DNA of 64,000 bases. It comes from a virus. The DNA lies in the IMG/VR virus record IMGVR_UViG_3300017917_003379; one strand, given 5' to 3'. Shown here one piece after another: positions 19,664-29,493 of this stretch; the first letter of the stretch is position 1; the number at the start of each line of letters is the position of its first letter. A program made the position numbers and the translations under genes. Under the pieces are notes generated by a model. The model saw nothing but the letters and a program-made list of their open reading frames with translations, was not told the DNA's origin and made no database searches.

Positions 19664-20620
19664 ATGAAAAAATCAGAACTAAGACAAATAATTAGAGAAG
19701 AATTACAAAAACTAGCTGAAACACCTCAATATGAAAAACAACCTGTAGATGAAGGTTGGAAAGAAAATGCTATGGCTTTAGCATTAACTGCTGCTAGTAT
19801 GATAGGAGGGGGTAAAAAAGCAAAAGGACAAGATATCCTACAAAAATCTCCCGTTGCTGCTGCTACTGTTAAACAAACACAAGATACATTATCTGTTAAT
19901 TTTAATGATAATTTTAAAAGCGGTAGATATACTCTTAGTGCTGAATCATCAAAAGATATAGTAGAAAAATTAAGAGCTATAGGCAACTTTATTAGAAATA
20001 ACCCAAATAATAATATTAAAATAAGTATCATTTCAAGTGAATCTAAAGTTCCTAATTATGATAAAGAACCTTCATCTTCTACTTATAATTCTCGCTTAAA
20101 CACAGGTGAATTAGCTAGTAAAAGATCAGCTTCAATGAAATATACCATTCAAACTTTACTCAAAGATTTGGAAAAAAATGGTGTAGATACTAGTAAAGTA
20201 ACTTTTGAACCTGCTCAAAATTTAGTTGGAGGACCAGAATGGAAACAAGGAATGTCACCTTCTGATTCTCAATTTGTCAAACATCAGTTTGTTAAAGTTG
20301 TTATATCTTTATCTGATGAAAACAAAGTTGACTATTCTGCTTTTGCTAAAGAAGGAGAAAGTTATTTTGACGCTAACGACCATTTAACTGCTATAGTATT
20401 TTACAGAACAAGAGAAGCATATGATAGATCTCAATCTGGCCTAGTAGATACAGGCCGTGAAGATGTTTTAGTAAGATTTGTAGATAAAAATGGAAAATTT
20501 ATAGGAGAAGATTATTTATTGGATAATAGCTGGTGGAATACTAATAAAAATATTAGCAGTGAAATGACTTCTGAATTTAAAGAAAAAATTATTAAGAACG
20601 GAAAACGAGTTAAACCATAA
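19664..20620 (+). CDS. Class B-tagged protein with hydrophobic segment and OmpA-like domain
   Basis: MKKSELRQIIREE; VDE/GWKENAMALALTAASMIGG; NFKSGRY..ISIISSES..LASKRS; ATG 19664. Confidence 0.55.
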   Translation: MKKSELRQIIREELQKLAETPQYEKQPVDEGWKENAMALALTAASMIGGGKKAKGQDILQKSPVAAATVKQTQDTLSVNFNDNFKSGRYTLSAESSKDIVEKLRAIGNFIRNNPNNNIKISIISSESKVPNYDKEPSSSTYNSRLNTGELASKRSASMKYTIQTLLKDLEKNGVDTSKVTFEPAQNLVGGPEWKQGMSPSDSQFVKHQFVKVVISLSDENKVDYSAFAKEGESYFDANDHLTAIVFYRTREAYDRSQSGLVDTGREDVLVRFVDKNGKFIGEDYLLDNSWWNTNKNISSEMTSEFKEKIIKNGKRVKP

Positions 20621-20668
20621 TTTTGGGCAAAATTTTTATTATAAATTTATAATAATAAAAAAAAACAT

Positions 20669-20839
20669 ATGACAAAATTATTAATTATTTTATCTGTTCT
20701 TAGTTTAACATCATGTGGAATTATTAAACATAATTCTAATAAATGTAATATTACTAAACATAATCACTATAAAGATCCAGTAGATGCTGCTGTTTATAGT
20801 ACAATGAAGAAACTAAAGCAAGATAAAATTATTAATTAA
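20669..20839 (+). CDS. Small lipoprotein (absent from ORF track)
   Basis: MTKLLIILSVLSLTS-C lipobox, 56 aa; preceded by GGC-N13-TAAATTTA. Confidence 0.65.
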   Translation: MTKLLIILSVLSLTSCGIIKHNSNKCNITKHNHYKDPVDAAVYSTMKKLKQDKIIN

Positions 20840-20892
20840 TTTTTGAAAATTTGGATTAACAAAACTTTTTTAATAATTTTAATTTAAAACAC

Positions 20893-21138
20893 ATGGAAAA
20901 ATCGCCCGAAACAAAACGTATAAAAACATCAGATGGTTCTATAGTTTATTATTGTTTAGGTAAAATGCATAATTGGGATGGCCCAGCATATATTCCTCAA
21001 GGTAATAAACGTCAAGCTGAATATTATTTGTTTGGTTTTAAACTTACAAAAGATCAATGGTTAGATCGTAAAAAAGACACCAATGGTGTACCTTGGTATA
21101 AAACATCTGCTGGAAAAGCTGCGGGAGCTAGAGTTTAA
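20893..21138 (+). CDS. Hypothetical protein with HxxDGPA motif
   Basis: GKMHNWDGPAYIP..EYYLFG. Confidence 0.7.
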   Translation: MEKSPETKRIKTSDGSIVYYCLGKMHNWDGPAYIPQGNKRQAEYYLFGFKLTKDQWLDRKKDTNGVPWYKTSAGKAAGARV

Positions 21139-21158
21139 TTATAAAAAAATATAAAATT

Positions 21159-21181
21159 AGGATCGTTAAGATCCTTTTTTT
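21159..21181 (+). terminator. Intrinsic terminator
   Basis: aggatc-gttaa-gatcct + T run. Confidence 0.55.
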
Positions 21182-21192
21182 AATTTTATATT

Positions 21193-21441
21193 ATGAGAGG
21201 AAGACCAAAAGAACCATCATTAGAAGAAAAACCACGCAAATTTAGTTATATTTATGAAGATGAAGATACTACTGAAACTTGGATTTATGATATAGATAAA
21301 TTTGATAAAGGTCCAATAGAAGTTAATATTAAGTATAAGGCTGGTGCTGAAAAACGTATAAAAGAACGTATAAAAGAAAATAAACAAATTAAAAAAACAG
21401 CACGCCAAATGAAAAAAATAAATAAACGTAATAAAAAATGA
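21193..21441 (+). CDS. Basic hypothetical protein
   Basis: MRGRPK start, Lys-rich tail. Confidence 0.65.
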   Translation: MRGRPKEPSLEEKPRKFSYIYEDEDTTETWIYDIDKFDKGPIEVNIKYKAGAEKRIKERIKENKQIKKTARQMKKINKRNKK

Positions 21442-21959
21442 AAATAGGATTATGTGGAACTGTTAGTGTAGGTAAAACTACATTAGTAAATGCTCTTAAA
21501 CAATTAGATCAATTTAAAGATTATGAAACTGCTACTGAACGTAGTAAATATCTTCGCGATCAGGGTATTACATTAAATACTGATTCTACATTAAAAGGTC
21601 AATTAGTATTTGCTGCTGAACGTAGTATTGAATTATTAAAACCTAATATTATTACTGACAGAACAATATATGACGTATGCGCTTTTACACTCTCAGCAAA
21701 TTCAATTGATTGGACTGAAAAACGTTATTTTGTAGAATTACTTATGTCTCTTCGTAATGAATATGACATTATAATCTATGTTTCACCAGAAGGAGTAAAC
21801 ATAGAAGATAATGGTGTACGTACAACTAACGCAGAATATCGTGATAAAATTGATTATATTATTAAAGAAATGTTAAATGAATATCCACCTAAAAAACTAA
21901 TTAAAATATCAGGTAATACAGAAAAACGCATTACTGATATTATTTCTAATATAAATTAA
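21438..21959 (+). CDS. P-loop nucleotide kinase/ATPase (NadR/AAA_28-like)
   Basis: GTVSVGKTT Walker A; IITDRT; EDNGVR. Confidence 0.8.
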   Translation: MKIGLCGTVSVGKTTLVNALKQLDQFKDYETATERSKYLRDQGITLNTDSTLKGQLVFAAERSIELLKPNIITDRTIYDVCAFTLSANSIDWTEKRYFVELLMSLRNEYDIIIYVSPEGVNIEDNGVRTTNAEYRDKIDYIIKEMLNEYPPKKLIKISGNTEKRITDIISNIN

Positions 21960-21993
21960 TATTTATTATTATAAATAAAAAAAAAATAAAAAA

Positions 21994-22344
21994 ATGAAAC
22001 AACCAATTAATGAAATTAAAAGAATGCAGCAACTAGCGGGCATTAATGAAATTAAAATACCTACACCTGGAGGTAAAGATGGAGTATTATATAGGAAATT
22101 AAAAAATGCAGGTTTATTTGATAAATATTTTGATATTTATGAAATTTACGATTATGGAACAGCTTTACAAGAAATAGAAGCGTATGAAATACAAAATAAT
22201 TTAGCTTATGAAATAGCAAAAGAAAAAGGATTTAAAGGTAGTTTTGGTGATCTTGTCAATAATGAAGAATTAAATTCAGAGTTGAATCGTTTAGCTGATA
22301 GTTTTGTAAAACAATTTGCTAAAGAAAAATTTAATATAACTTAA
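21994..22344 (+). CDS. Hypothetical protein, class C tag
   Basis: PINEIKRMQQLAGINEIKIP. Confidence 0.75.
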   Translation: MKQPINEIKRMQQLAGINEIKIPTPGGKDGVLYRKLKNAGLFDKYFDIYEIYDYGTALQEIEAYEIQNNLAYEIAKEKGFKGSFGDLVNNEELNSELNRLADSFVKQFAKEKFNIT

Positions 22345-22385
22345 TATCTATAATTTACTATTTTAAAACAAATTATTTTATAACT

Positions 22386-22447
22386 ATGGTGTACTAAGAT
22401 AAAGTACACCATTTGTTTGTTTGGGCATAATCAAATTTATAAATTTA
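22386..22447 (+). promoter_or_regulatory. 10-bp hairpin (terminator-like) plus Bacteroidota-type promoter
   Basis: atggtgtact-aagataa-agtacaccat; TTTG(22416)-N20-TAAATTTA. Confidence 0.6.
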
Positions 22448-22451
22448 GCTT

Positions 22452-22805
22452 ATGATAAAAATAGGAAAATATAATTTAGGGCGTGATGAATTTATTATTT
22501 CTTTACCTTTCGAAGATAACTATAATGTATTATCTACAAGAACTAAAAGAAATATAAATTCATTTATAAACTTTACTGGATTTGAAGCTAAAACAATATA
22601 TATAGGATATCGAAATTTTATTTCAAGAAAATCATATTATATTGAGGGACATATAGATGGAAATCATATAATATATGCTAGAAAAGAAAGTAATAGTCCA
22701 TGTGCAGGACAAACATATGTATATTCTGAAAATGGATATAAACAATTCAATAAATTGATGACCAGTTCATCAAAAGATCAATTATTATTTGAAATAAAAC
22801 TATAA
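22452..22805 (+). CDS. Hypothetical protein
   Basis: 117-aa ORF after promoter. Confidence 0.65.
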   Translation: MIKIGKYNLGRDEFIISLPFEDNYNVLSTRTKRNINSFINFTGFEAKTIYIGYRNFISRKSYYIEGHIDGNHIIYARKESNSPCAGQTYVYSENGYKQFNKLMTSSSKDQLLFEIKL

Positions 22806-22811
22806 TAAGTT

Positions 22812-24020
22812 ATGAATGATGTATTAAATGATGTTAGCAAAATTGCTAAACAATTAATGTTAAAAGAACCATTTTATGGAATGTTTTTATCTACACTTAA
22901 TAAGCGCGTTGGAAATGATACACCAACAGCAGGTGTATCTAAACTTAATATTAATTATCAACTAATAATTAATGAAGAATTTTGGAATAGTTTAGATACT
23001 GATTTCAAAAAAATTGGATTATTAAAACATGAATTACTTCATATTTGTTTTCATCATTTAGTAGATAGAGATAATTATCCTGATCATGAATTACATAATA
23101 TAGCAGCTGATATAGAAATTAATCAATATATTGATCCTGCATATTATCCATCAAATAAATTATTATTACCTTCTTCATTCCCTGAACTTAATTTACCATT
23201 AAAAGCAGGTACTAAAGAATATTATAAACTATTACAACAAGCTAAACAAAATGGTACATCTCCGTCTTTAAATGCTATGTTAAATAGTAATCCAAGTTTT
23301 GGAGGAACACATGGGTCTATAGCTGATAATTTACATCCAACTTGGAAAGAATTTGATTCATTGAGTGAAGCTGATAAGCGTTTAGTTAAAGCTCAAATTG
23401 ATCATCAAATTAAAGAATTAGTTGAAGCACAAAGTAAAAATAAAGGTTTAATCCCAGCTGAGTTAGAAAGTTATATTAATAGTCTATTTGAAGAAAGACC
23501 ACCATCATATGATTGGAAAGGATATTTTAGACGTTTCTTTGGATCATCATCTAAAATATACACCAAAAAAACACGTAGAAAATTAAATAAGCGATTCAAA
23601 GAAAATCCAGCACTTAAAATTAAACCAAAGAAAAAAGTATTATTAGGAATAGATACATCTGGTTCAGTTAGTGATAAAGATTTAATGGAATTTTTTAATG
23701 AAATAAATCATATGTATAAAACTGGCATATCAATCACTATAGCAGAAGGAGATGCAACTATATATAAAGTATATGAATATAATGGAAAAGTATCTGAAAC
23801 GGTTACTGGTAGAGGTGGTACTGATATGAATATATTTATTGATTATTTTAATGAAAATAAACAATATAATAGTTTAATTATATTAACTGATGGTGAAATA
23901 GGAGAAAAAACATCAACAACATTTAAACCAACATTATTAGTTTTATGTTCTACAGGAGCCGATATAGAAACTGTAGTAGAAAATGGATGGGGTAATGTAA
24001 TAAAGATACAAAATAATTAA
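22812..24020 (+). CDS. HExxH metallopeptidase-like + VWA domain protein (MoxR partner)
   Basis: LKHELLH, NIAADIEINQ; IDTSGS MIDAS, GRGGTD, ILTDG. Confidence 0.85.
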   Translation: MNDVLNDVSKIAKQLMLKEPFYGMFLSTLNKRVGNDTPTAGVSKLNINYQLIINEEFWNSLDTDFKKIGLLKHELLHICFHHLVDRDNYPDHELHNIAADIEINQYIDPAYYPSNKLLLPSSFPELNLPLKAGTKEYYKLLQQAKQNGTSPSLNAMLNSNPSFGGTHGSIADNLHPTWKEFDSLSEADKRLVKAQIDHQIKELVEAQSKNKGLIPAELESYINSLFEERPPSYDWKGYFRRFFGSSSKIYTKKTRRKLNKRFKENPALKIKPKKKVLLGIDTSGSVSDKDLMEFFNEINHMYKTGISITIAEGDATIYKVYEYNGKVSETVTGRGGTDMNIFIDYFNENKQYNSLIILTDGEIGEKTSTTFKPTLLVLCSTGADIETVVENGWGNVIKIQNN

Positions 24021-24072
24021 AATAGGCAAAGTTATCTTGTTAAATTTATCTAAACAAAAATAAATAGGTTAT

Positions 24073-25257
24073 ATGGCAAAAAAACAACCACAGCAAGTTT
24101 CATTAAATGTTAAAGAAACAAAAACATTTCTTAAACATATTATCAACAACAATCGTTTTTTACAACAAAACAACAAACCCCCAGTAGCAGTAGAAGTAGT
24201 AGGCGATTCAGGAATTGGTAAAACATCTACTATTATTCAATTAGCAAATGAATTAGATTTACATTTTGTTAAATTGAATTTAGCGCAGATTGAAGAATTA
24301 GGTGATTTAGTTGGCTTTCCAATCCGTCAATTTGAAGTATGTAAAGATACTGATTGTATTTGGATTGATGAACATGCTGTAGAAGAGTATATAAAATTAG
24401 GTTATACGTTTACTGGATTAAATCGAATGAGTTATTGTCCACCTGAATGGATTAGTGGTAAAACAACAGGCGGAATATTACTACTGGATGATTGGAATCG
24501 TGCTGATGTTAGATTTATTCAAGCTGTAATGGAACTAATTGATCGTCAACAATATATTAGTTGGACATTACCTAAAGATTGGCATATTATTTTAACATCA
24601 AATCCTGATAATGGAGAATATTTAGTTAATAGTATTGATAATGCTCAAAAAACACGTTTTATTAGTGTCAATTTAAAATTTGATATTGATTGTTGGGGAG
24701 AATGGGCTGAAAATAATCAAATTGATAATAGATGTATTAATTTCTTACTAAAACATCCAGAATTAGTTACTACAAATATTAATTCACGAAGTATAACTAC
24801 ATTTTTTAATTCAATATCATCATTAGATTCATTTGAAACATCATTACCATTAATTCAAATGATTGGTGAAGGTAGTGTAGGTTCGGAATTTACGACATTG
24901 TTCACAATGTTTATCAATAATAAATTAGATAAAATTATTTCACCTAAGACAATATTAACTCATGAAAGTGATGAATATATTTTAAATACTTTAAAAGGTA
25001 TTATTGGTAAAGATGAAAAGTATAGAGCTGATTTAGCATCAATTATATCAACTCGTATTATTAATTATAGTATATTTTATGCTAAAGAAAATAAAATTGA
25101 AAAACAATTTATTGATAGATTAGCATTACTAATTAATGAAAATCTATTCACAGTAGATTTAAAATATAATATAGTAAAATCAATTTATAATGGTGATCAA
25201 TCATCATTTAAACAACTCATGTTGAATAAAACATTATTAACATTTTTAACTAAATAA
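24073..25257 (+). CDS. MoxR-like AAA+ ATPase
   Basis: GDSGIGKT; LLLDDWNRA; DNAQKTRF. Confidence 0.85.
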   Translation: MAKKQPQQVSLNVKETKTFLKHIINNNRFLQQNNKPPVAVEVVGDSGIGKTSTIIQLANELDLHFVKLNLAQIEELGDLVGFPIRQFEVCKDTDCIWIDEHAVEEYIKLGYTFTGLNRMSYCPPEWISGKTTGGILLLDDWNRADVRFIQAVMELIDRQQYISWTLPKDWHIILTSNPDNGEYLVNSIDNAQKTRFISVNLKFDIDCWGEWAENNQIDNRCINFLLKHPELVTTNINSRSITTFFNSISSLDSFETSLPLIQMIGEGSVGSEFTTLFTMFINNKLDKIISPKTILTHESDEYILNTLKGIIGKDEKYRADLASIISTRIINYSIFYAKENKIEKQFIDRLALLINENLFTVDLKYNIVKSIYNGDQSSFKQLMLNKTLLTFLTK

Positions 25258-25258
25258 T

Positions 25259-26269
25259 ATGCCTACATATCAAAGATTACGATCATTATTAGATTATAAT
25301 GGAAAAATTGCACCTTATATATATGGAAATAATATACATAAACGTATAAGTATTATTACTAAAGAACATGAGGATAAATACAATAAACTTTATAATAACA
25401 ATAAAGACAATAAGATAGAAAATAATACAACATTATGTATGTCGCCGTTAAGTAATTTACCTAATTACAAACTTAAATCATATATAACAGAAAATAAACT
25501 TAATATTAAAACAGTCAGACGTACATCCAAACCTAATATTTTAGTAATAAATGATTCTTTAATTAAAGAATATTATTTTAATTCTCATTACTATAACACA
25601 GGCCTATTTTATATAGTTCCAGTTGAATTTTTAAAAACAATACAAACTAAAAACCATAATGAAAAATTAATAGCTGATTTTTATTATATAAACGATAACA
25701 TTTTAGATGTTTTTAAAACTAAATATCCAAATTATTATAATGAATTAATACAATTTGAAAAAATTACAGGTAAAATAATAGATATTGAATGGGGTAATAA
25801 AAAAGCATATGAATGTTTTGATTTATTTATAAGTCTACTTGACGAAAATTTACCCTATAAAATAGTATTTGATCATAGTATCAATAACGATATCAATAAA
25901 GATTTAGTAATAGATGATGATATGTTTATAAATTTAATAAACATGCTGAAAAGTTCAGATAAAGACAATCATAATTTAGCTCGTGAAATCGTAGCTAATT
26001 GTGAATTAGAATTATCTAAACCATATATTTTATTTCTATTATGGAAATATGAAGAGTTTAAAAAAACAAATAATAATAAAAATTTTAAATTTTGTTTAGA
26101 TGCACTTAAACCATATAAAGAAATATATTATAATAGAATGTTAGATAATTTTCTAGCAAAAATAATAAATAAACACCCCGAATATTCACAAACTATATTT
26201 AATTGTTTACGGTTATATATAAATAACGAAAATAATAAAGATATTATTAAAGGAATAACTATTTCTTGA
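25259..26269 (+). CDS. Hypothetical protein
   Basis: 336-aa ORF; MLKSSDKDNHNLA. Confidence 0.7.
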   Translation: MPTYQRLRSLLDYNGKIAPYIYGNNIHKRISIITKEHEDKYNKLYNNNKDNKIENNTTLCMSPLSNLPNYKLKSYITENKLNIKTVRRTSKPNILVINDSLIKEYYFNSHYYNTGLFYIVPVEFLKTIQTKNHNEKLIADFYYINDNILDVFKTKYPNYYNELIQFEKITGKIIDIEWGNKKAYECFDLFISLLDENLPYKIVFDHSINNDINKDLVIDDDMFINLINMLKSSDKDNHNLAREIVANCELELSKPYILFLLWKYEEFKKTNNNKNFKFCLDALKPYKEIYYNRMLDNFLAKIINKHPEYSQTIFNCLRLYINNENNKDIIKGITIS

Positions 26270-26301
26270 TATTTATTGTCAAATACAATAAAATACTAAA
26301 C

Positions 26302-26775
26302 ATGAAAAAAACTGAATTATTATCTTTAATAAGAGAAGAACTTAAATTAGAGATGGCTGCTATTGCATCTGGATTAAAATTAGCCGATAATTGGAAAGAA
26401 TTATGGGAGACTGTACCTGAATCTATTAAATTATCAACACGATATAAGCGTATAATTGATTTTTTAGAAGAAAACGGAACTGGAACTCTTAAAGATATTG
26501 CTATAGAAAAATTTAATTCAACCGACACAGCAGTATGTAACCAATTAGTAAAAAGATTAAAAGAACTAGGTATAGTAGAAAGTACAGGATATGTTAGAGA
26601 ACCTAAATATAAAGAAAAAACTACTACTCCTGGAGCATTTGGTCGTCCTAAACTAACAGATGAAAATGTTAAAATGTTAGGTTTAAATATAGTTAGAAAG
26701 TTTAGTAAAGGTTTAACTGATTTTACGGATGAAGAAAAAGAGTTAATACAAAATATGTATAATTCTATTAAATAA
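26302..26775 (+). CDS. Winged-HTH-like protein, class B tag
   Basis: MKKTELLSLIREELKLE; IIDFLEENG..TLKDIA..VKRLKELGIV; ATG 26302. Confidence 0.6.
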   Translation: MKKTELLSLIREELKLEMAAIASGLKLADNWKELWETVPESIKLSTRYKRIIDFLEENGTGTLKDIAIEKFNSTDTAVCNQLVKRLKELGIVESTGYVREPKYKEKTTTPGAFGRPKLTDENVKMLGLNIVRKFSKGLTDFTDEEKELIQNMYNSIK

Positions 26776-27242
26776 TGGCTAAATATAAAAAAATAGTTCT
26801 TTTAAGTTGTGTTGCAACTAAATTACCTCATGCTGCTCCGGCTGAAGAACTATATAATTCTCCTTTATTTAAAAAATCATTAGAATATGCTAAATCATTA
26901 AATCCAGATGATATAGTAATATTATCTGCTAAACATTATGTTTTACCGTTACGGAAAGTTATTAAACCTTATGATAAAACATTATTGAATATGCCTAGTG
27001 AAGAAATACAAGAATGGGCAGTACAGGTATTAAAAATATTAGCAGATAAATATAATTTAGAAAAAGATCATTTTATAATATTAGCAGGAGATAAATACAG
27101 AAAATATATAACTCCTCAAATAACACATTGGAGTGCTCCGCTAAAAGGATTAAGAATTGGGCAACAACTATCCTGGTATTCTAAAAAAATTGCTAAATTA
27201 GTAAAAGAAGGCTTAACCAAATTATTAAATTTATTTAAATGA
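26775..27242 (+). CDS. DUF6884/YaaA-like protein
   Basis: LLSCVATK..PAEELY.SPLF; ILSAKH; PYDKTL; GLRIGQQL. Confidence 0.6.
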   Translation: MAKYKKIVLLSCVATKLPHAAPAEELYNSPLFKKSLEYAKSLNPDDIVILSAKHYVLPLRKVIKPYDKTLLNMPSEEIQEWAVQVLKILADKYNLEKDHFIILAGDKYRKYITPQITHWSAPLKGLRIGQQLSWYSKKIAKLVKEGLTKLLNLFK

Positions 27243-27481
27243 AAAAAATAGCTAAATTAATGGAAATGTATAAAGAAGATGCATACCATTATGATGATTT
27301 TAATGATAATCAAATATCAAAAACTTTAAATAAATTAAATGAATCTATTTCAATTTTAGAAGAACATACAGTAAAATCATACGCCCAAACTATTAATGAA
27401 TTTAAAAATTCATTACAGAGTAATGAAGAAAAAGAAATTATGGATGATTTTATACAATATTGTAAATATTATAACAAATAA
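27239..27481 (+). CDS. Hypothetical protein
   Basis: 80-aa coupled ORF with LNE and LEE sites. Confidence 0.6.
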   Translation: MKKIAKLMEMYKEDAYHYDDFNDNQISKTLNKLNESISILEEHTVKSYAQTINEFKNSLQSNEEKEIMDDFIQYCKYYNK

Positions 27482-27486
27482 TAAAA

Positions 27487-28485
27487 ATGAAAGTTAAACA
27501 ACTACGTGAACTAATTCGTGAAGCAATCCATGAAACATTAAAAGAAGCTGAAATTTCTCCACAAGAAAAAGCAGCTAAAGATGCTGAAATAAATTCCATA
27601 AATAAACAAATTCAAGCTTTACAAGCTAAAAAATCTGATCTTTCTTCAGGACGTGCATCTGTAGTATCTGAAACTGGATTAAAAGAAATGGCTCGTACAC
27701 CCATTAAATATAAATTATCTGATAATTATCAAGATAAAGTTTCTCAATTACCTTATGCTGGCTCTGAAAAAAGAATGAAATGGATAAATGGTATTATTGA
27801 TTACATTAGTCAAGAAGGATCAACAGATATTACATCAGTAGCTAAAAATAAATTTAACGTTCCTCAACCTCGTATAGCAGATTATGCTAGAGATATGATT
27901 CGTTTAGGTATTCTTGAACCAGAAACCTCAGGAGTTGTACCACAATTTATGCAATCTAACGATAAAGAAAAAACAACAGATGATTCAGAATCATCTACAT
28001 TAGATATGGGAAATTTATCAAAATATTTCTCACCAGTTTCTAATGATGATAATGGAAATGAAGAAGATTTTAATACTGAAGAAGAACCTACAATAGGTGA
28101 TATAGATAATAAACCTGTATCTACTTCTAGTATGTCTGATGAAGACTATAATGCATGGGATAAGTATTATGACTTAAAAACTAAACTAAATGGTGTTAAA
28201 TCAGATTTGAATAAAATAACTCGTAGTAAAAAAAGAGGTAGTGTTGCTGGTGATATTAAAGATAAACCATCTACTGAAGAACAACGCTTACGTGATTTGA
28301 AAAAATCCTTAGAAGATAGAATCAATACTTTAGTACAAAATTCTGATTATTTAAAGAAAAAAACCGGACAAGAAACAACACCCACTCCTGAAATAGAAGA
28401 TATTGAAGATGATGAAACAATAGATGAATCTTTCGACTCATATCAACTTAGAAAAATGCAATACTACGCTGGTATTAAAAAATAA
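27487..28485 (+). CDS. Protein with class B N-tag, wHTH-like domain and class C C-tag
   Basis: MKVKQLRELIREAIHETLKE; LKE/MAR; QLRKMQYYAGIKK. Confidence 0.75.
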   Translation: MKVKQLRELIREAIHETLKEAEISPQEKAAKDAEINSINKQIQALQAKKSDLSSGRASVVSETGLKEMARTPIKYKLSDNYQDKVSQLPYAGSEKRMKWINGIIDYISQEGSTDITSVAKNKFNVPQPRIADYARDMIRLGILEPETSGVVPQFMQSNDKEKTTDDSESSTLDMGNLSKYFSPVSNDDNGNEEDFNTEEEPTIGDIDNKPVSTSSMSDEDYNAWDKYYDLKTKLNGVKSDLNKITRSKKRGSVAGDIKDKPSTEEQRLRDLKKSLEDRINTLVQNSDYLKKKTGQETTPTPEIEDIEDDETIDESFDSYQLRKMQYYAGIKK

Positions 28486-28488
28486 TTT

Positions 28489-28839
28489 ATGAAAAATAAA
28501 ACGAATTTTATTCAATTAGGTTTATATATAATTGCTAATTTATTATTAACTTTAGGAATAATTTGGATTACAACCCGTAAACCTGAAATGCCTATCGAAT
28601 ATAAAACAGCAATTGATTCGCTTTCAAGAATTAATAAAATGTTGCTTGATAAACAACAAAAAATTGATAGTACAATTAAAGTATATAAAACTGAAATTGA
28701 TCAAATTGATAATAGAATAAACAATATTAAAGAAAAAACAACTATTGTACGTGAATATTATCATGAAATAAATAATAGAGTTATTCAATATACTCCAACA
28801 CAAGTAGATTCGTTTTTTAAATCACGTTATAATTATTAA
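28489..28839 (+). CDS. Membrane-anchored coiled-coil protein (possible spanin component)
   Basis: N-terminal TM then heptad region; adjacent to endolysin. Confidence 0.5.
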   Translation: MKNKTNFIQLGLYIIANLLLTLGIIWITTRKPEMPIEYKTAIDSLSRINKMLLDKQQKIDSTIKVYKTEIDQIDNRINNIKEKTTIVREYYHEINNRVIQYTPTQVDSFFKSRYNY

Positions 28840-28842
28840 TTT

Positions 28843-29493
28843 ATGAATATCTTACAAGTAGAATTCCCTGCAAATCAATATATTAGAGAAGAACACCCAA
28901 AAAAACAAATCTACCTACATCACACTGCAGGTAATAACAGTGGTACAAATGTATTTAGATGGTGGGCATCCAACCCAGAAAGAATTTCCACATGTGTGGT
29001 TATTGCAGGTCCTGGCTCATCAGATGGAGATGGTAGGATTGTACAAGGATTTAGTTCTAAATACTGGGGATTCCATCTAGGTATTAAACGTAATACATTT
29101 GATAGATTTGGACTTCCTTTTATAAATCTAGATAAATTATCAATTGGTATTGAAGTTTGTAACTGGGGGCAGCTATCATTTACAAATGGTAAGTTTTACA
29201 ACCATGTAGGAGGAGAAGTACCTGAAAATCAGGTAACTAAGCTCGATGTTCCATACAAAGGATTTACATATTTCCATAGTTATTCTGATGCACAAATCGC
29301 TAGTATAAAAGAACTTTTGCTTCTTTGGAAAGATAGATATAATATTCCTTTAACGTATAGAGAAGATATATGGAATGTAACTTCTAGAGCTCTTAGAGGA
29401 GAAGCTGGAGTATTTACTCATAATTCAGTCCGTACTGATAAAGTAGATGTTTATCCTCATCCTAAATTAATTCAAATGTTAAAATCCCTATAA
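28843..29493 (+). CDS. N-acetylmuramoyl-L-alanine amidase (endolysin)
   Basis: IYLHHTAG; SIGIEVC; FTHNSVRTDKVD.YP. Confidence 0.85.
   Translation: MNILQVEFPANQYIREEHPKKQIYLHHTAGNNSGTNVFRWWASNPERISTCVVIAGPGSSDGDGRIVQGFSSKYWGFHLGIKRNTFDRFGLPFINLDKLSIGIEVCNWGQLSFTNGKFYNHVGGEVPENQVTKLDVPYKGFTYFHSYSDAQIASIKELLLLWKDRYNIPLTYREDIWNVTSRALRGEAGVFTHNSVRTDKVDVYPHPKLIQMLKSL

Noticed and set aside
22452-22805. MIKI start as a class A tag
   Set aside because: MIKIGKYNLG lacks the ILxE pattern and the gene follows a host-type promoter
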